Of a DNA stretch of 64,000 nucleotides, positions 1 through 13,817 are shown one piece after another; the stretch's first letter is position 1; every line of letters begins with the position of its first letter. The stretch is from NCBI GenBank assembly GCA_964106915.2, contig OZ066923.1, one strand, 5' to 3'. The DNA comes from Podarcis gaigeae (Eukaryota). The position numbers and the translations under genes were made by a program. The notes under the pieces are model-generated. The model had not been told where the DNA came from, ran no database searches, and saw only the letters and a program-made list of their open reading frames with translations.

Positions 1-232
1 AAGGTAATTGCTTTGGTTACATAAACAAATATATTCAACTGAATATGAATCTAAGCTTTATTCTGAAAATATTTTAAGACCTTGACCTTGTCAAAAGAAA
101 CTCCGACTATCTTTCAAAGGAAGTCTTTCATCAACTGTCCCCTACACATCTTAACAACATGCAAGGAGTATTTGCAAGATGTACATCTTAGTATTAAAAA
201 ATATACCCTGCGACAACAAATGTTATAACCAA

Positions 233-268
233 ATTGTGTATTATGAATACATTGTGTATTATGAATAC
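233..268. repeat. Perfect 18-bp tandem duplication
   Basis: attgtgtattatgaatac occurs twice in tandem. Confidence 0.9.
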
Positions 269-1046
269 ATATATCTGCCACTGGATTCAAGTGGATTTAA
301 CCAAATTGAAATGCAGCGAGAAAGGGAATAGTTTCTCTTCAGTTTTTCCATACTGTTTATAATTTTATAAGTCTTAAAATCTAGAGTCTAAATATTCAAC
401 CATATGTCACACAACAGTTTGATAAACTTCCAGGAATATTTGCTGAGTAAGTGTCTAACTATTCCTAGTACCCAATACATCCAACAATTTCCACGTTACA
501 AAGATATAAATCTTCTGCTCACTTCCTTACAGAGAACACTCGCAAAGAATCCTAGAATTATACTGGACTGAGCTGGAATAGTGAACTGATGGGAAAGGAC
601 TGGATGCTCTCCCCCCCCACTTCACTGTTCTCTTATGCCAGCGATGTCCAAACTTTTTTCAAAGAGGGCCAGATGAGGGCCGACCAAAGGGCCAACCACA
701 GTTGTTCAGCTTTTTTAAGGATTGAAGTTGCTGAGCTTTTTTATGATTTTACATTTTACCCCAAAGTTGTTGAGCTTTTTTTGGGGTTGAACCAACAGCC
801 CGGATGATTAGGCCCCCAAGATGGACATTACCTAAAGCAACATAGCTGCAATGTGGATACAAAATCTGAAACAGGAAAATCGCTTTTCCATGTTGCATGG
901 TGCTACTTGGAACTGAATATACTGACTCTAGATCAATAGAATAATTTGTCTCAAGTTCAAGACTGCCAAGGGAAATTGTCTGAAACACATTCATTAAAAC
1001 AATTGTATCTACCCTCCCCTTGCAGAATTCTCTTTAGATTACTAAC

Positions 1047-1715
1047 CTGGTTTTCTTCCTGTACAACTCGATACTGTTCTTTCCAAATAGTTATTTTGGA
1101 TGCCTCATCTTTCCTCAGGGCTCTTTCCTTCTTGAGTTCAGGACTCCAGAACGTCTTGATACTGTTCATGGAGGAGCTAAGTTTACTTTCTTTCACCTCT
1201 ACATCCTTGCGTAGTAAATCATTTTCCCGCAACACTTCCTTGAGCTGCGTCTGCAGGTCCATTATAGTGTTGTCCCTTGCCTGGCGCAGTGAATGAGGCA
1301 CTGTGGATGCCATGCTGACAGGAGGAAGATGATGCTCTCCAAATGCTATAGTATCACTGGCAACCCCACTACTGGCAATGTTGGGGCTGCTGCCCATAGC
1401 AGTCATCCTAACACCGTAAGGCAGACGCCCCCCAGATCGTCCAAGAGTCATGGTGCTTTTAGGCGTGTCTGCACCCACGTTCTCATGGTCACTTAGGTAC
1501 ATAGGGCCCGAAGTGGCATAGGCAGCATTTAAGGATTGGATATTTTCCATAGAAAGAGTTTTGCCACTGCCACCCCCAGTACTACTTCCAGAACTGCCAC
1601 CTGTGCTGTTGGTTCGACGATGGCCCAGCCGTGGCGATCGTGGCAGCCTTGGTGAACGCCCAGGACTCTGGCTACTTGGCTCAATTTTACCAACTGACCG
1701 AGCACTTCCATACAT
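1047..1715 (-). CDS. ERC1: ERC1 (ELKS/RAB6-interacting/CAST family member 1), first coding exon, 223 codons
   Basis: MYGSARSVGKIEPSSQSPGRSPRLPRSPRLGHRRTNS...KTFWSPELKKERALRKDEASKITIWKEQYRVVQEENQ is the ERC1 N-terminus. Donor CAG|GTTAGT at 1047/1046; acceptor ctcttacag puts the exon start at 1866. The gene continues beyond the window start. Confidence 0.97.
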
Positions 1716-2169
1716 GATTGAATTTATGATACAAGGTAACCAGGTAAGGACGAGTTCCTCTGAAGTTTCTTGACTATAGTTTCTAGTCTACTTAAGGCCG
1801 ATCACTGTTTATAGTAGGTACAAGCTTTCATTTCTGAAGACATAGTTTCTTGGAGCTGATCATCATCTGTAAGAGAAAGAAAGATATTCAGTTTCCATTC
1901 TCCAACAAGTGTTGGTTCCTTATTTTCTGTGAAGATTCAAACATGCAAATAGAAAAATGTCTCTCCGGTACTTCTGATTGCCCTTGCTGTTCATGCTCAA
2001 CAATATGTTCAGGCCTCAAATTATGTGTTTGCCCCTTTGCAGTTGTGTGGTGGAATGCTACAGGGCACCATCTTATCCCAAGTGCTCTTTAATATCTATA
2101 TGAAACTTCCTGGAGTGGTCATTAGGAAAATTGGGACACCATGTCATGCCTCAGGAGAGACTGTGACCT

Positions 2170-2385
2170 GAATGCAATGGTGAGCTGGATGAGGACCAAC
2201 AAATAGACTGAATCCTGGTGAAGGAGAGAATTGATGGGTGAGCAGCTCCCAGGTCTGCTAGTTCACCAGTTCTGGACAGAACTGCACCTGTTTCTTCAAA
2301 AAAACAGGTGCATAGTTTCGGGGTACTCCTAGATCCTTCTGGTGGCAAGGAATGCTTATTGGTATACCAACTATGCCCTTTCCTT
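2170..2385 (+). mobile_element. Degraded L2-type LINE reverse-transcriptase fragment
   Basis: tggatgaggaccaacaaa..ctgaatcc and caggtgcatagtttcggggtactcctagat resemble the WMxxNKLxLNP and QVxSLGVxLD motifs. Confidence 0.5.
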
Positions 2386-4865
2386 ACTACAGGTTTTATT
2401 TATCAATTAAATTTATAACCTGCCCTACTGCCTAAAGGAGCCCATGAACAGTCACAGGCAAAAAGGTTAACATTATCCCTGCTAGTTGAAGGAAAATCTA
2501 GTGTTTAATATAACAAGTGGGATGGACTTACTCTTCAGCAGGTCTATAAAACATAATGCCCAGAATCTTTAATAGATTCCCTGGGGTTCCCAATGTGGTC
2601 ATACCTACCACACTGGTCATTGCAACATCATCAAGGCAAGGAAGCAATGCTCTTAAAAGGGAAAAGGGCTGACCTACCAAGAGTTGCAAGTGCATTCTTT
2701 GACATTAGCCTCTCCCTTAAATTAGCAGCCAGGGTAAAAAGGTGTGGGGTGTGCAGTCTGTCTGATGGGCAGAGAAGGGTGTGGAATGGGTGGTGGTTGC
2801 TTAAGAAGCAGACATGGGTGATAGACATTTAGGCAGGCAGTATGTAGGGGAAATAAGTTTGGGATGCAAGGGGGTTTGGGAGTGCAGGTAGGGCAATCCC
2901 CAGTGAATTAAGTTTGATAACTATGGGTCACACTGAGCTATGCAATCCCTGATTGGTTGGGCTTCCAATGTGTTGTGTTGGTGCCCTTGATGAGTTAACC
3001 AGTAGTGACTGCAAATCCACTTTGGCCCAGCCATGTCTTTACCTGCCCAACACCTAATGGGGTGGCCTCACCTAAAACACCTCACAAACCAAATGGAGAG
3101 GGCTGGTAGGCCTGATTCAGCTCATAGGTTGGAGATCTCCCTATCCCAAGAATAGGACATGAGAAAGTGGTTTAGCTTAGAAGGAGCTAGGAGTCACAGG
3201 GTATGCTCTGACTGCAAAGGGACAATTATGTTGGTAAATGGATTTTGGCAGACAAGATATGGATGAGTGGCATGCTAGAACTGGATGACAAGGGTCTCTA
3301 TACTGACCCTTTCCACCATCAAAATCAGTTATTTTTCTGTGAAGAATTATGTCTGACATTTGCTGAAAGATGGCTGAAAAAGTGTGGAAGAGTTCATCAC
3401 AATGTCAGAACATCTGTTGACTGGGAAGAAAGGAATGACACTGATTGCATTGTCTCCAGGTACAGACAGACAGACGACTGACTGTTAAACCAATTAATAA
3501 GAAAACTACCAGGTATTCAGAACAGTAGTAAAAATTTATCTCCACTAAAATTGAGAACATCACCAACTTCCTCTGGAAGTTCACCATACTTCCCCAGATT
3601 TTGTGTGGTAAAACTCGAGTTCTGCGTGCTTTATACCAAGGATGTAGGGAGGAGGAAAGCATGTGGGGAAAGAGCAGGAGAGTCCAAAAAGCCACATAGG
3701 CTCTTACTGTTTCAAGGAATTTAAAAAGGAAATTCAGGATTTCCATAATCTATCCTATTTTTAAAATAAGTGGCAAAAAATAAATGAATCACATCCTGAC
3801 AGCAGCAACAAAATGAGTGCCATACCATCTGCCATGATGAAATGGGGGTTGGGTGGGATCCCTAAATATATAATTACATGAGAGAATGAAAAAGTATTCC
3901 ATAGCAAAAAAAGGGGGGAGAAAAAAAATCTGGGACAACCATTTAGGTCCCCCCATCAGATTTGTAATATAATTGGGATGAAATTTTGATGGCTGCTTAA
4001 ATGAATTGGCCCAATTCAGTAAAACTGACCCATTACAATAGGCAATACAATTCCAAATCTTTTCTTTTAAAAAACCAAAAAAAAACCCCACCAAAAACTA
4101 CACAGCAAGGATACAGACCAGGGAGGGGTGGGGAACCCTTTTGGCTCAACAGGCCAGATCTTAATCAGTCCCCATCGCTGCCAAACATCTGTGACAGGTA
4201 GGCTGGAATGCGCTCAGTTCAAGCTCCAATAATCTGCAGTGGCTGGCTACACTTCTGAGTTCTTCACGGGGAACTCAGTGCAACTGACCTAGCTGGCTTG
4301 CTCTCACTGCAAATCAGCAATGTCACAATTCGAAGCACACTTTAAGGTTTCCAGTCACACACTGGCAGCCACACCTCCACACATTTCTCACTGGACATCA
4401 CAGATGAAAGGAGGTACATGTGGTTTGGGGGAAACAGCCTCACAAGCCAAACTGTGAACTCTGTTGGGTCAAATTTACACTGCCATTGCAATTCTTTATC
4501 TGCCTGATCAGAATGAAGTCTCAATATCCCATTGAGTTCAATGGGGCTTACATCCAAATAAGTGTGTAGAAGAATGGGGTCTAAGTTAGTGTTACTGAAA
4601 TCAATGGGACAAGCTAGTCATGACTTAAGCCCCACTGAGCCACATCACTTTTACCTTTGTCACCACAGCTATATATTTCAAATGCCGTAAAACAAAATAA
4701 GAGAGATCATACCAACTTCTTAAGATCCACAAAACTAAATTAAAGAAGGGTTTTGGGATTGTTGTTTTTCTTTTAATTCTTCCCTTGGATATATGTTGCA
4801 ACAACATTTATAGAGTTGCTACATTTTGGTTCACATCATTCCAGGTCTCCCTACTTTACCAAGTA

Positions 4866-5125
4866 CAGTGGTACCTCGGGTTATACACACACTTCGGGTT
4901 ACATACGCTTCAGGTTACATACGCTTCAGGTTACAGACTCCGCTAACCCAGAAATAGTGCCTTGGGTTAAGTACTTTGCTTCAGGATGAGAACAGAAATT
5001 GTGCTGCAGCGGCGCAGCGGCAGCGGGAGGCCCCATTAGCTAAAATGGTGCTTCAGGTTAAGAGCAGTTACAGGTTAAGAACAGACCTCTGGAATGAATT
5101 AAGTACTTAACCCGAGGTACCACTG
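4866..5125. mobile_element. Tc1/mariner (Tigger-like) MITE
   Basis: Perfect 18-bp TIR CAGTGGTACCTCGGGTTA/TAACCCGAGGTACCACTG flanked by TA on both sides. Confidence 0.9.
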
Positions 5126-6339
5126 TATACACAGTGTTTGGAAGTTACAAGACTGCTACGTAAACTAGATAAAACATAGGAATATCTGCCTATGTTTTAT
5201 ATTTAAAGATGGAGAAGAAAAACATGGAACTACAGGCAGATATGGAACTGCCAAGCCTGACAGAGGTGTTAGGAAATGAGAGGATACAGTTCTTGCACAG
5301 AAATGCAAGTGTGACCTTTGCAATGCACACCACTTATTTAAATTCCAGGGCATGGTAACAGGTCCTTTAAACTGTCCTTCCAAATCCTAGTATCCACAGA
5401 CCATAGAAAAAAACTCTGAATGTAGGAAATATAGACGGTGTCACAACATTAATAAAAACACCACCCTTGTAGTTTCTGAGAGAAAGCAGATTCACATGAT
5501 ATACAGTACTCTTCAACGGTTGATATGAGGAAGCAGATGGATTGGCAACTGCCTGTGTGCTGATAGATGTTCTACACATAAACTTACCACTGTAAGACAA
5601 TGATAGGGACCAAATATATACCTCCAGGCCTCTCTGGTCCTCAGAACTCACAAGGCCATTTCCACTTACTCCTTTAGAGTAGCAGAAATGTCACCTGAAA
5701 CTAGCATAATATCTCTTGCTTGTTACCCCTGACACAAGGCCCTTTGGCTGAAAGAAATCCTGCTGTAAGACCTACAGAGCCATTTTTCCTCAAAGCTTAG
5801 CTCATTTTCCCCTGCAAAATAGCTTGACCTTCAATAAATTATCAGATTAGAACATCCCACAAAGCTTTCTATTTTCCCTCATGAGAAGAAATCAGAAGCT
5901 ATCTCACTTGTCTTCCTTCTAAACCTTTACGAAATACTTACTGTATTTACTACTTATAGGTAGCAAAGATATTCAGGGACTGTTATGGCTGGGAACTTTT
6001 AATCTTTAGAAAGAGACTTATGGGCAAACTGGCAAGAACCACAACAACAAAATGTTAGTGACCTGACCCTATCAGCATTTTCCAAAATATACAGGAGTAG
6101 CCAACATGGTGCCCTCCAGATATTGTCAGACTACAACCCCCATCAGCCCCAAGCAGCATGGTCAGTGATCAGGAATGAATGGGTATTGTAGTCTAACAAC
6201 TAGAGGACACCACACTGGTTACCCCTATTATATGCTTTTAAACCTGGAGCAATTGCTGTGGGCATCATGCAGTAGCTTCTTTCAATGCTCCATTCAAATG
6301 CATGCATAATTCCCACTTTTAAAAGCCACACTACTTGCA

Positions 6340-6567
6340 AGCAGTTCGAAAGCACGTCAGAGTGCAAGTAGATAAATAGGTACCGCTCCAGCGGGAAGGT
6401 AAACAGCATTTCCGTGCGCTGGTCTGGTTTGCCAGAAGCGGCTTAGTCACGCTGGCCACATGACCCAGAAGCTGTACACCGGCTTCCTCGGCCAATAAAG
6501 CGAGATGAGCGCCACAACCCCAGAGTCGGTCATGACTGGACATAATAGTCAGGGGTCCCTTTACCTT
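6340..6567 (+). mobile_element. Sauria SINE (POM/Squam1 type), 5'-truncated
   Basis: gcagttcgaaagcacgtc...ggccacatgaccc...ccctttacct tail; TSD tacttgcaagcagt at 6332 and 6567. Confidence 0.9.
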
Positions 6568-9269
6568 ACTTGCAAGCAGTATGATTTTCTTCAGCTCTCC
6601 CCAGATTTCCCACTCCTTCACACACACTTCACTGGTTTATGCTATGCAACTGAGGTAAGTTTTTTAAGGAAACAAAATCAAATCATTAGAATCAGAGCTG
6701 GTAGAGGAGCAGTCTCCAGTCAAAAGCTCATCTCAGATGCAAACTACAGGAAACAGATAAAGCTGCCTTATACAGCTGATCTATCTAGATCAGTATTGTC
6801 TACATGGACTAGCAGTGGCCCCCCTAGGATTTCAGATGGTGATATTGATGAGTGCTGCTGTGGACTAAACCTGGAGCACCACTCTACATGAAAGCCAGGT
6901 GCTCTACCACTAAGCCACCATCCTATTTAGAGAGGCCTAGCCCCATTGCACACCCAACAGTTTTGGATTATACATGAGGATCAATTGTGGATAGGACTGG
7001 CCTAAGTTACAGAGTTTGTGCAAGGATTAAATCCTCATTCCCTCAAAGTGCATCACAAAATACAACCAGTCTTGTGCTCATTATTCAAACGTTCTGTGCA
7101 CCTCCTGGAGTGGAGCTAGGTACACATTTGCATCAGCTCTAGATAACATGCCTGCCTTAAATCAGCCTTTGCCAATGTGATGCCCTCCAGATGTTTTCAA
7201 CGACTCTGGTTGGCCTCAGCCAGTCCAGCTGGTGAAGGCTGACTTATACTATCCATCACATGTTAGGTACATGAACTTAGGGCAGTTAATGATGCTTGGA
7301 AAATGGATTCTGACTTTCCTAACTCCTGAAACTGGTATTTGCTTGCTCTCAGGATGTGCACAAAAATACCATCTTAATTATGCCACTGTCAGCTTGTTCT
7401 TAAACACAATCAGGCAAGGCGTATTCAAACTAGACCTGTCACTTGATTCTTCTTTCCAGAGGCATTATTGCTTCTTACTCACTATTTAAAAAATGGATTG
7501 CTGTGGGTGGAGAAGTCAAGTCTGTGTTGTGTAATGGATGAACATGCCTAAAAGCACATCCCTGCAAAGCAACAACCAGACAAAAATAACAAAATACCAA
7601 AACCAGTACAGGAGAGGCTATCAGTGCATGTATCAATTCCTAGCAGATACAAGCAGAATGAACAGTATAATACTAATATACCAAAAATTACATTTAGGAT
7701 GAGGAACACCAATGACATTATGACATAGTAGGGGAAAAATAAGCCACCCCTCCCTGTACTGACAGAACTCTGTACATGGGTTTCTCTGGCTCCCAGAATA
7801 TAACAGTTTTGCCCATTTATTATCTTATTATTTTATTTTTTAAATGTGTTTGTTGCTGTAGATTACTTTTTAACACCATGCTATTATTATTTTATTGGAT
7901 CTTTAATTTTAAAAAATTAACACCTATAATATTTTTTGCACTCTAGACGTCAGCCTCTAGAAGTGTTTAGGCACCACAGTGTCTTCTATCATGAATAATC
8001 AAAACTAGTAATGTTCTTATGTTCTCTGCAAGATACAATCAATACAACTTTACAGAAAAATGGATTTGTTGTAAAAAATATTTATGGCTTCATCACTCAA
8101 AAGGGGGGGAAATCATATCAGACCAACAGCTAAAACATTTTAAAATCTAAATTTAAAAATGTTATGTGCTATACAAAAGTCATTTCTTTTGTTCAGCAAA
8201 CCATTAATAAATCAATAAAATATCAAAATGTTGTTTGACAAAGGAAACACACTATATTTTTTCCTAAAAACTATTCTAAATAGTTAAGTTATACCAGAGA
8301 TACATGCTATAATGACAACATCTAACTCAGTTTGTGCAAAATCAAAGTGTTGAAGTCTCTTTTGAGATTGCACTGACTGTAATTCTGCTTCATTTTAAAA
8401 TGGCCCATTTAAAATACTCAGAAGCTGTTCATGTACAGCACAAAAATGATCTCAGGTGACAAGTTATGCCAAATTCTAGGCAATACTTCTTAAACTGTAT
8501 TATATGATGATTAGGACAAACCCTGCAGACTATACACTTTCCTAACTAAGGGTGAATATTTCTAAATATGTGAAACTGCCACATACTGAGGTAGGTTAAT
8601 AATTCATCTAGCCAATCTATTTTCAATGGCAACAACTCCTATACTTCAAAACAGATCTTTCCCAACCCATCTGAGAATTTAAAAAACAGAACTGAAAATA
8701 CTGTAGTAGGGATCACCAATCCCAACCCCTGCAAGGAAATGCCATCTATTTCTGCTACCTCCACAGCATGAGCCCCATCCCATTATATTTGATGGAATTA
8801 CCAGAACAAGGCAGAGTTTCACAATCCAATCAGAGTTAAAGACAAAATGGAATTATGAAAGATAAGCTACTGTTTAAAACTCTTGCTCATCTTATGCACA
8901 GGCTCCAGAAAATATTTTATTAGTACACCATTCCAGTAAAGGATAAATTTGCCACCATACCAGAGATTTTTGATTTTCAGATCCTGTACCTAGATGCATT
9001 GCATGCCAAATTCCTCAAGAAGGCTGCTTGCTTGCCATTCTTGCAATGCTTTGAACCATCAGCCAGCTCAAGGAAACGAAAAGCGAGCACCTTGTTACAC
9101 TAATGGACTGCCAGCCACAGAAAAAGATGATGATCGCATCCACCCCAAGGTTAGCAGTTGCTAACATGAGGCAGTGAATAAGAGAGACGGCTACGAGACT
9201 ACATGATCCACTGTGCATTTATCAAGCCACCTATCGAAGAGTAGCATCAGCTGTCAGGATGTGCAAAAG

Positions 9270-10860
9270 GGCTGCAGCGCCGGGCGAGAAGCCGCAACAA
9301 TAGGTGCGCCCATGTCCGCAAATCCGTTTTGCTATCCTCCCCCTAACAAAAGAAAAAATTATTTCACTGGCTGTTGCCGACGAGGCTGACAGGTGGGGCT
9401 CGTCCACCTCCCCGCCGCCGCCTCATACTAACGGGGTGGGGTCGAGGGAGAGGCCACGGTTCTGAGCACGGCAGGGAGCCTCGGCGGAGCCAGTTTAGGG
9501 TGGGGGGCGGGGAAGAGGAGGCATCCTGGATGGAGCACCTTTTCCCGGAACGTGGAAGCCCGGCTCGTGTGGAGGGGACGGGCCTCTCCCTCCCGCTTCC
9601 GTGGAGCAGCTGATAGGCCCCGGGTCAAGGGGTGCCAACTATGACCACACGCCCGGCAGAGGCAGGCAGGCGGGCAGGCCCCGCCCGACCTTCCCCCCTT
9701 CCCTCAGCGACACAGACCCTCATCTCGACCACCGTCGGCTTCACCTCACACGCCGCACACAGGCCCAGTTCTCTGACCTGCCTCCGGGTCGGCTGAGCTT
9801 CCCTGCCACAGTCTGTCAGCTGTGGCGGCGGCGGCACCGAGCAGGCTGGTCTTCCTCCGCCGGCTGCTCCCCTCACGGCTGGCGCTCCGGCTCCTCCTCA
9901 CCCGAGCGAGCAGCTCCCCGCCCGCGCCCCCGGCGCGCGGCGAACACCAAGCCCCGCCTCTCCCCTGGCGCGAGCCCTGCCTCCCCTCGCTCTTCGCCGG
10001 CGCGCGCGACACGCTTAAGACCTCTTCTTCCCTCACACGCCCGCCCCGCCCGCCTCATGCGACCGTCGATGGGATCGATCGATTCACTCGTACTACACCC
10101 AGCATGCTCCGCTTACAAGCCTTCCCACTCGCCCCCCTCCCTCCCTCCCTCCGCCCGCCAACCACCACAAGCTCACCCGCTCACGACCCTCTTCTTGGCC
10201 CCTCCGCTCTCCGTAGCGCTTCGTGTCCCCGCCCACCTTCCCTGCCAGCCTTTCGGAAGCCAATCGCGTTAGTCGAGCGGCGGTCCCTCCCCCTGGCCAA
10301 TAGGCGTTCGTCTGCCCAATATCGTCCCCGCCTCCCCTCGCCAATCCACGCCGCCTTTTCCCAGACACGTCTCAGATTCCTGGTCTGCCCCCCTTCACTG
10401 CCGCCACACACCACTGGCGGGGCCGCTCCAATTCTGACTCGCGCGGGCGCGCTACGTAGAGGCTCCTCCCACGGGCTCAGGGCGAGGTATTGCGCAAGCG
10501 CGCCCGCCGCGGGCGGGAAGTTTGCCTTCGTTCGCTTGCCGTAGCGGCGCCCCTGACTGAAGATTTGGCGCTGGGAGGAGGTTCTAGCGGTGGCTGCCGT
10601 TGCCCGCCGTTCACGTGCAGGTAACTGGAGGGCGGAAGTCAACAAGTTGACACAAAAGGGGGGACTCCCCGACTCTTTGCGCTTCCCGGCCCCCCGCAAG
10701 AGGCTCTCTCGACGCCCGAAATAATGATGCCGCGTTGGCCAGGGCGAACCTTCGTTGGGGTTTCCGAGAGGAAAATCGTCCCACGGGCCCCGGGAAATGT
10801 GGCCTCTGTGAGGGTGGGGTCGATTAATATTCGGCTCCGCCGCGAGTTTGTGGGGTAGGG
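9270..10860. promoter_or_regulatory. CpG island, bidirectional ERC1/RAD52 promoter including non-coding first exons
   Basis: Abrupt GC/CpG-rich block between divergent genes. CCAAT at 10260, 10297, 10316, 10341 and 10428; GC boxes; NRF1-like TGCGCAAGCGCG at 10491; E2F-like GGCGGGAA at 10512; E-box CACGTG at 10612. Confidence 0.88.
10520..10620 (+). other. RAD52: Probable non-coding exon 1 of RAD52 (5' end approximate)
   Basis: Donor GCAG|GTAACT at 10620/10621 at the RAD52-facing side of the CpG island. The TSS cannot be determined from sequence. Confidence 0.55.
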
Positions 10861-11348
10861 GGCTTATGAGGTACCCCTGCTCTGGAACAGTTAAAAACAT
10901 TGGGGGAGGGAAATCATTTAAAAAACAATTAAGCATTATTATAATTAAAGTTCCTCCCCTCTAGCGAAGTTTACAACAATGATTAACAAACATATGCAAC
11001 TCAACCGTATAAATCAATGTTAAAAACACAGATCTATAAGGAATATAACTCTCTCTCTCTCCCATTTAAAAGTAGGTTTGTGGTAAGGAGAATGTCCAGA
11101 GTTATATATGGTTGCAACCATTATGAAATTATCTCAGCTATGTGTTTATGCATAATGCAGTGGTTTGACTTCATCCCTGGAGGCACACTCCATTGTCTCT
11201 CCAGACAGACAGATGCCAACAACTATGCATTTAGCTGAAGCCTCCCAAAAGGGAATTATGTAATCTTAATTATTCTCATAGCTAGTCTGTAGTATTCCCA
11301 CTTCTTCAGTTTATGGTGGTATATTATTACTTGGTTTGTTTAACTCCT

Positions 11349-11510
11349 GGCGTTTCCGTGCGCTGCTCTAGTTTGCCAGAAGTGGCTTAGTCTTGCTGGC
11401 CACATGACCCGGAAGCTGTACGCCAGCTCCCTCGGCCAATAAAGTGAGATGAGCGCCACAACCCCAGAGTCGGTCACGACTGGGCCTGATGGTCAGGGGT
11501 CCCTTTACCT
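11349..11510 (+). mobile_element. Sauria SINE, 5'-truncated
   Basis: Same family 3' half; TSD ttgtttaactcc at 11336 and 11510. Confidence 0.88.
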
Positions 11511-13784
11511 TGTTTAACTCCAATTAGCAGTGGTTAGGCAGAATACCGGATATGTTATCTGAGCATGCTTGGCAATGAGTGTGAGATGAGTTGATGCATG
11601 AGTGGTTTTTGTCACTCCTAGACTGATGCAGCGAAGAGGTCTGCATCTGGTCCATTGCCCTCACATTTCATGGGTTTCTGCTGGTTACCTCTGCTGGAGA
11701 TGTTGTGGGCATAGGAGTCAACTTCTAGGGGCTGAGGTCCCTTTGACACTCCCCCCAACAAAATATTTGAGGGGGCTAGCCCCCCAAGTTGATAGCCATT
11801 GCCATTCAAATGGTGTGTGTTCGCAATGTCTTGTGATTAGTTATGTGGGGTGGGGCTTACCTGCCCCCCCATATTTTATTCAAGTTGGCACCCTTGGTTG
11901 TGGGTGATAGCTTATGTATATTGTTTTTTGGGGGGCAGGGACATTAGAACACGTCTCAACAGGGTGACTTCCCTGCCAGCAGTGGGGTGGAAGATGGTGA
12001 ACCACAGTGGATTCAGAGTTTCTGTTCTGTTCTGTTAGTCTCATACCTTATCATGCAAAAGATTCACCCAAATTAGCCATACCTACAGCCAGAGATTAGG
12101 AAAGCACTGCAAGTGGCAGAAATGAACCAAGTCATGAGCTATGGGGAAAAGAGAACACAGCTTTTCAGTTAATGGCTTCAACACTGTCTTTGTTTAAAAT
12201 AATGCTATGGTTATCCCATAAGTAATATAATTGATGGCTTCTGCTTTAAAGAATACCATGTTTCCCATTAGACTGGTGACTTCTGAAATAATGACTACTG
12301 GAAATGCAAGTGTAAAGATACTGCGCTCCATCATAAATTTTCAGCCAACAGTTTTTATTAGTCAGTTCTGGGAAATGACCCAAGTGATTATTCAAGGAGC
12401 TTTTAAATTCCCATCAGTAGGAAATCCTCAGCTAACTTTTTCTTATTGCAGAATATATTTATTTAACACAATTGTATACCTACTTTCCTTATATCAAAGC
12501 ATTTTGCGTAAGAATAAAAACATCTAAAGCAACATAATATAGAAGTATAACAACAAATCAGACTTGGTAAGCTTCATGGAAAATTTCCCCAGCCTACCAA
12601 TAAAATCTTCAACCCCCAGGTCATCCTATTAATCTTAGCCGCCAACCCATAGATAAGCATTGTGTTTGACTTTACTTTGATTGCAAGGCACCTTGGGAAA
12701 AGGTGCACTACATATTTTAAATAAAATAATAAAACATGTTCAGTATGCCAGCACATAGTTTTGATCTATCTTTGGGATTTCTTCCAATCTTGTGGGTGGT
12801 TGCAGAGAAACTCCTCCTTGTTGCTGATGGTTTCACTTGCTGTAGTGGGAATATGAGTAAGGCTTGATCTAATGATTACAGCCAACATAGGGATTCATGG
12901 GGATAGTTACTCCACAAAGCAAGCTGTGATTGAAGCTGGAAGCTCACTGGTTACCTCTGCAGTTTGTTTAATATTTTGTAACCCATAGGTCCTCATCAGC
13001 AGTTTTCCCATAGGGCTGCTTTGAGACAGAAGTGAAGCATGACAGGCCAGGATCTCAGCCATTTACAATTTAAAGTGGTGGGTCATCAACCTCTTTTGCC
13101 ACTAATTGAATAGATGGGCTAAATTACAGGTGACTCTTGATTTACATGGGGGTTACATTCCAAGCCAAATTGCATATACTCAAAACATTTTGGGTTCAGT
13201 TGTGGATGGGATTGCCAAAGCTTTTTTTCCTGGATGGCTGCCCCCTGTTTAATTAAAAAAAATCTTTTTACCAAGCATGGGAAGCTGAATGCACACAAGT
13301 TAAATGCACACAAGTTACAATTTACTTATAATGATAATTCTGAATGGGAAAATTTTGTAGTAAAATTAACATCTTACCTGTATTTCTGTCATGTAATATG
13401 GTAAAAAGTTTTGACAAAAAGCATAGGTGGTCTGTGAAAAGTTGTTGCATTTGGAATAATAAAGTTGCAGAATGCTAAAAAAGCACATTTCGTAGAAAAA
13501 ACAAAAAACTAAGGAAGCGGGGTTGACATTTCCAAAATTAAAAATGCTAGCACATTCTAATGATAGCTGTGATGTGTCATTGATGAGAGGAAAATGCGGA
13601 TGTTTAAGAGAATAGCACTTGGCAGAAAAAGGAGAACACAAGAAGAGCATGCTGGATGAAGCCTGTCACCCATATGGTCCAAGCATTCTGTACTCAAAGT
13701 GGCCAACCAAATGTCTATGGGAAGCCCACTTATAGTCTTGTACCCGGAGTCTTTTCATGTTTAAAGCAGATAACCTTCGCTGAT

Positions 13785-13787
<3 letters not shown>

Positions 13788-13817
<30 letters not shown>
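13788..13817. repeat. (CA)n microsatellite
   Basis: About 15 units, seen directly. Confidence 0.95.

Noticed and set aside
701-785. Triple agttgttgagctttttt repeat as a regulatory array
   Set aside because: It appears to be part of a degraded hAT-type element; the same motif recurs near 16247.
946-1773. Plus-strand ORFs over ERC1 (and likewise over WNK1 exons 19 and 24)
   Set aside because: They are antisense shadows of real coding exons.
9374-10936. Long overlapping ORFs of 223-251 aa
   Set aside because: They are low-complexity Pro/Arg/Ala/Gly translations expected from stop-poor CpG-island DNA, with no recognisable domain.
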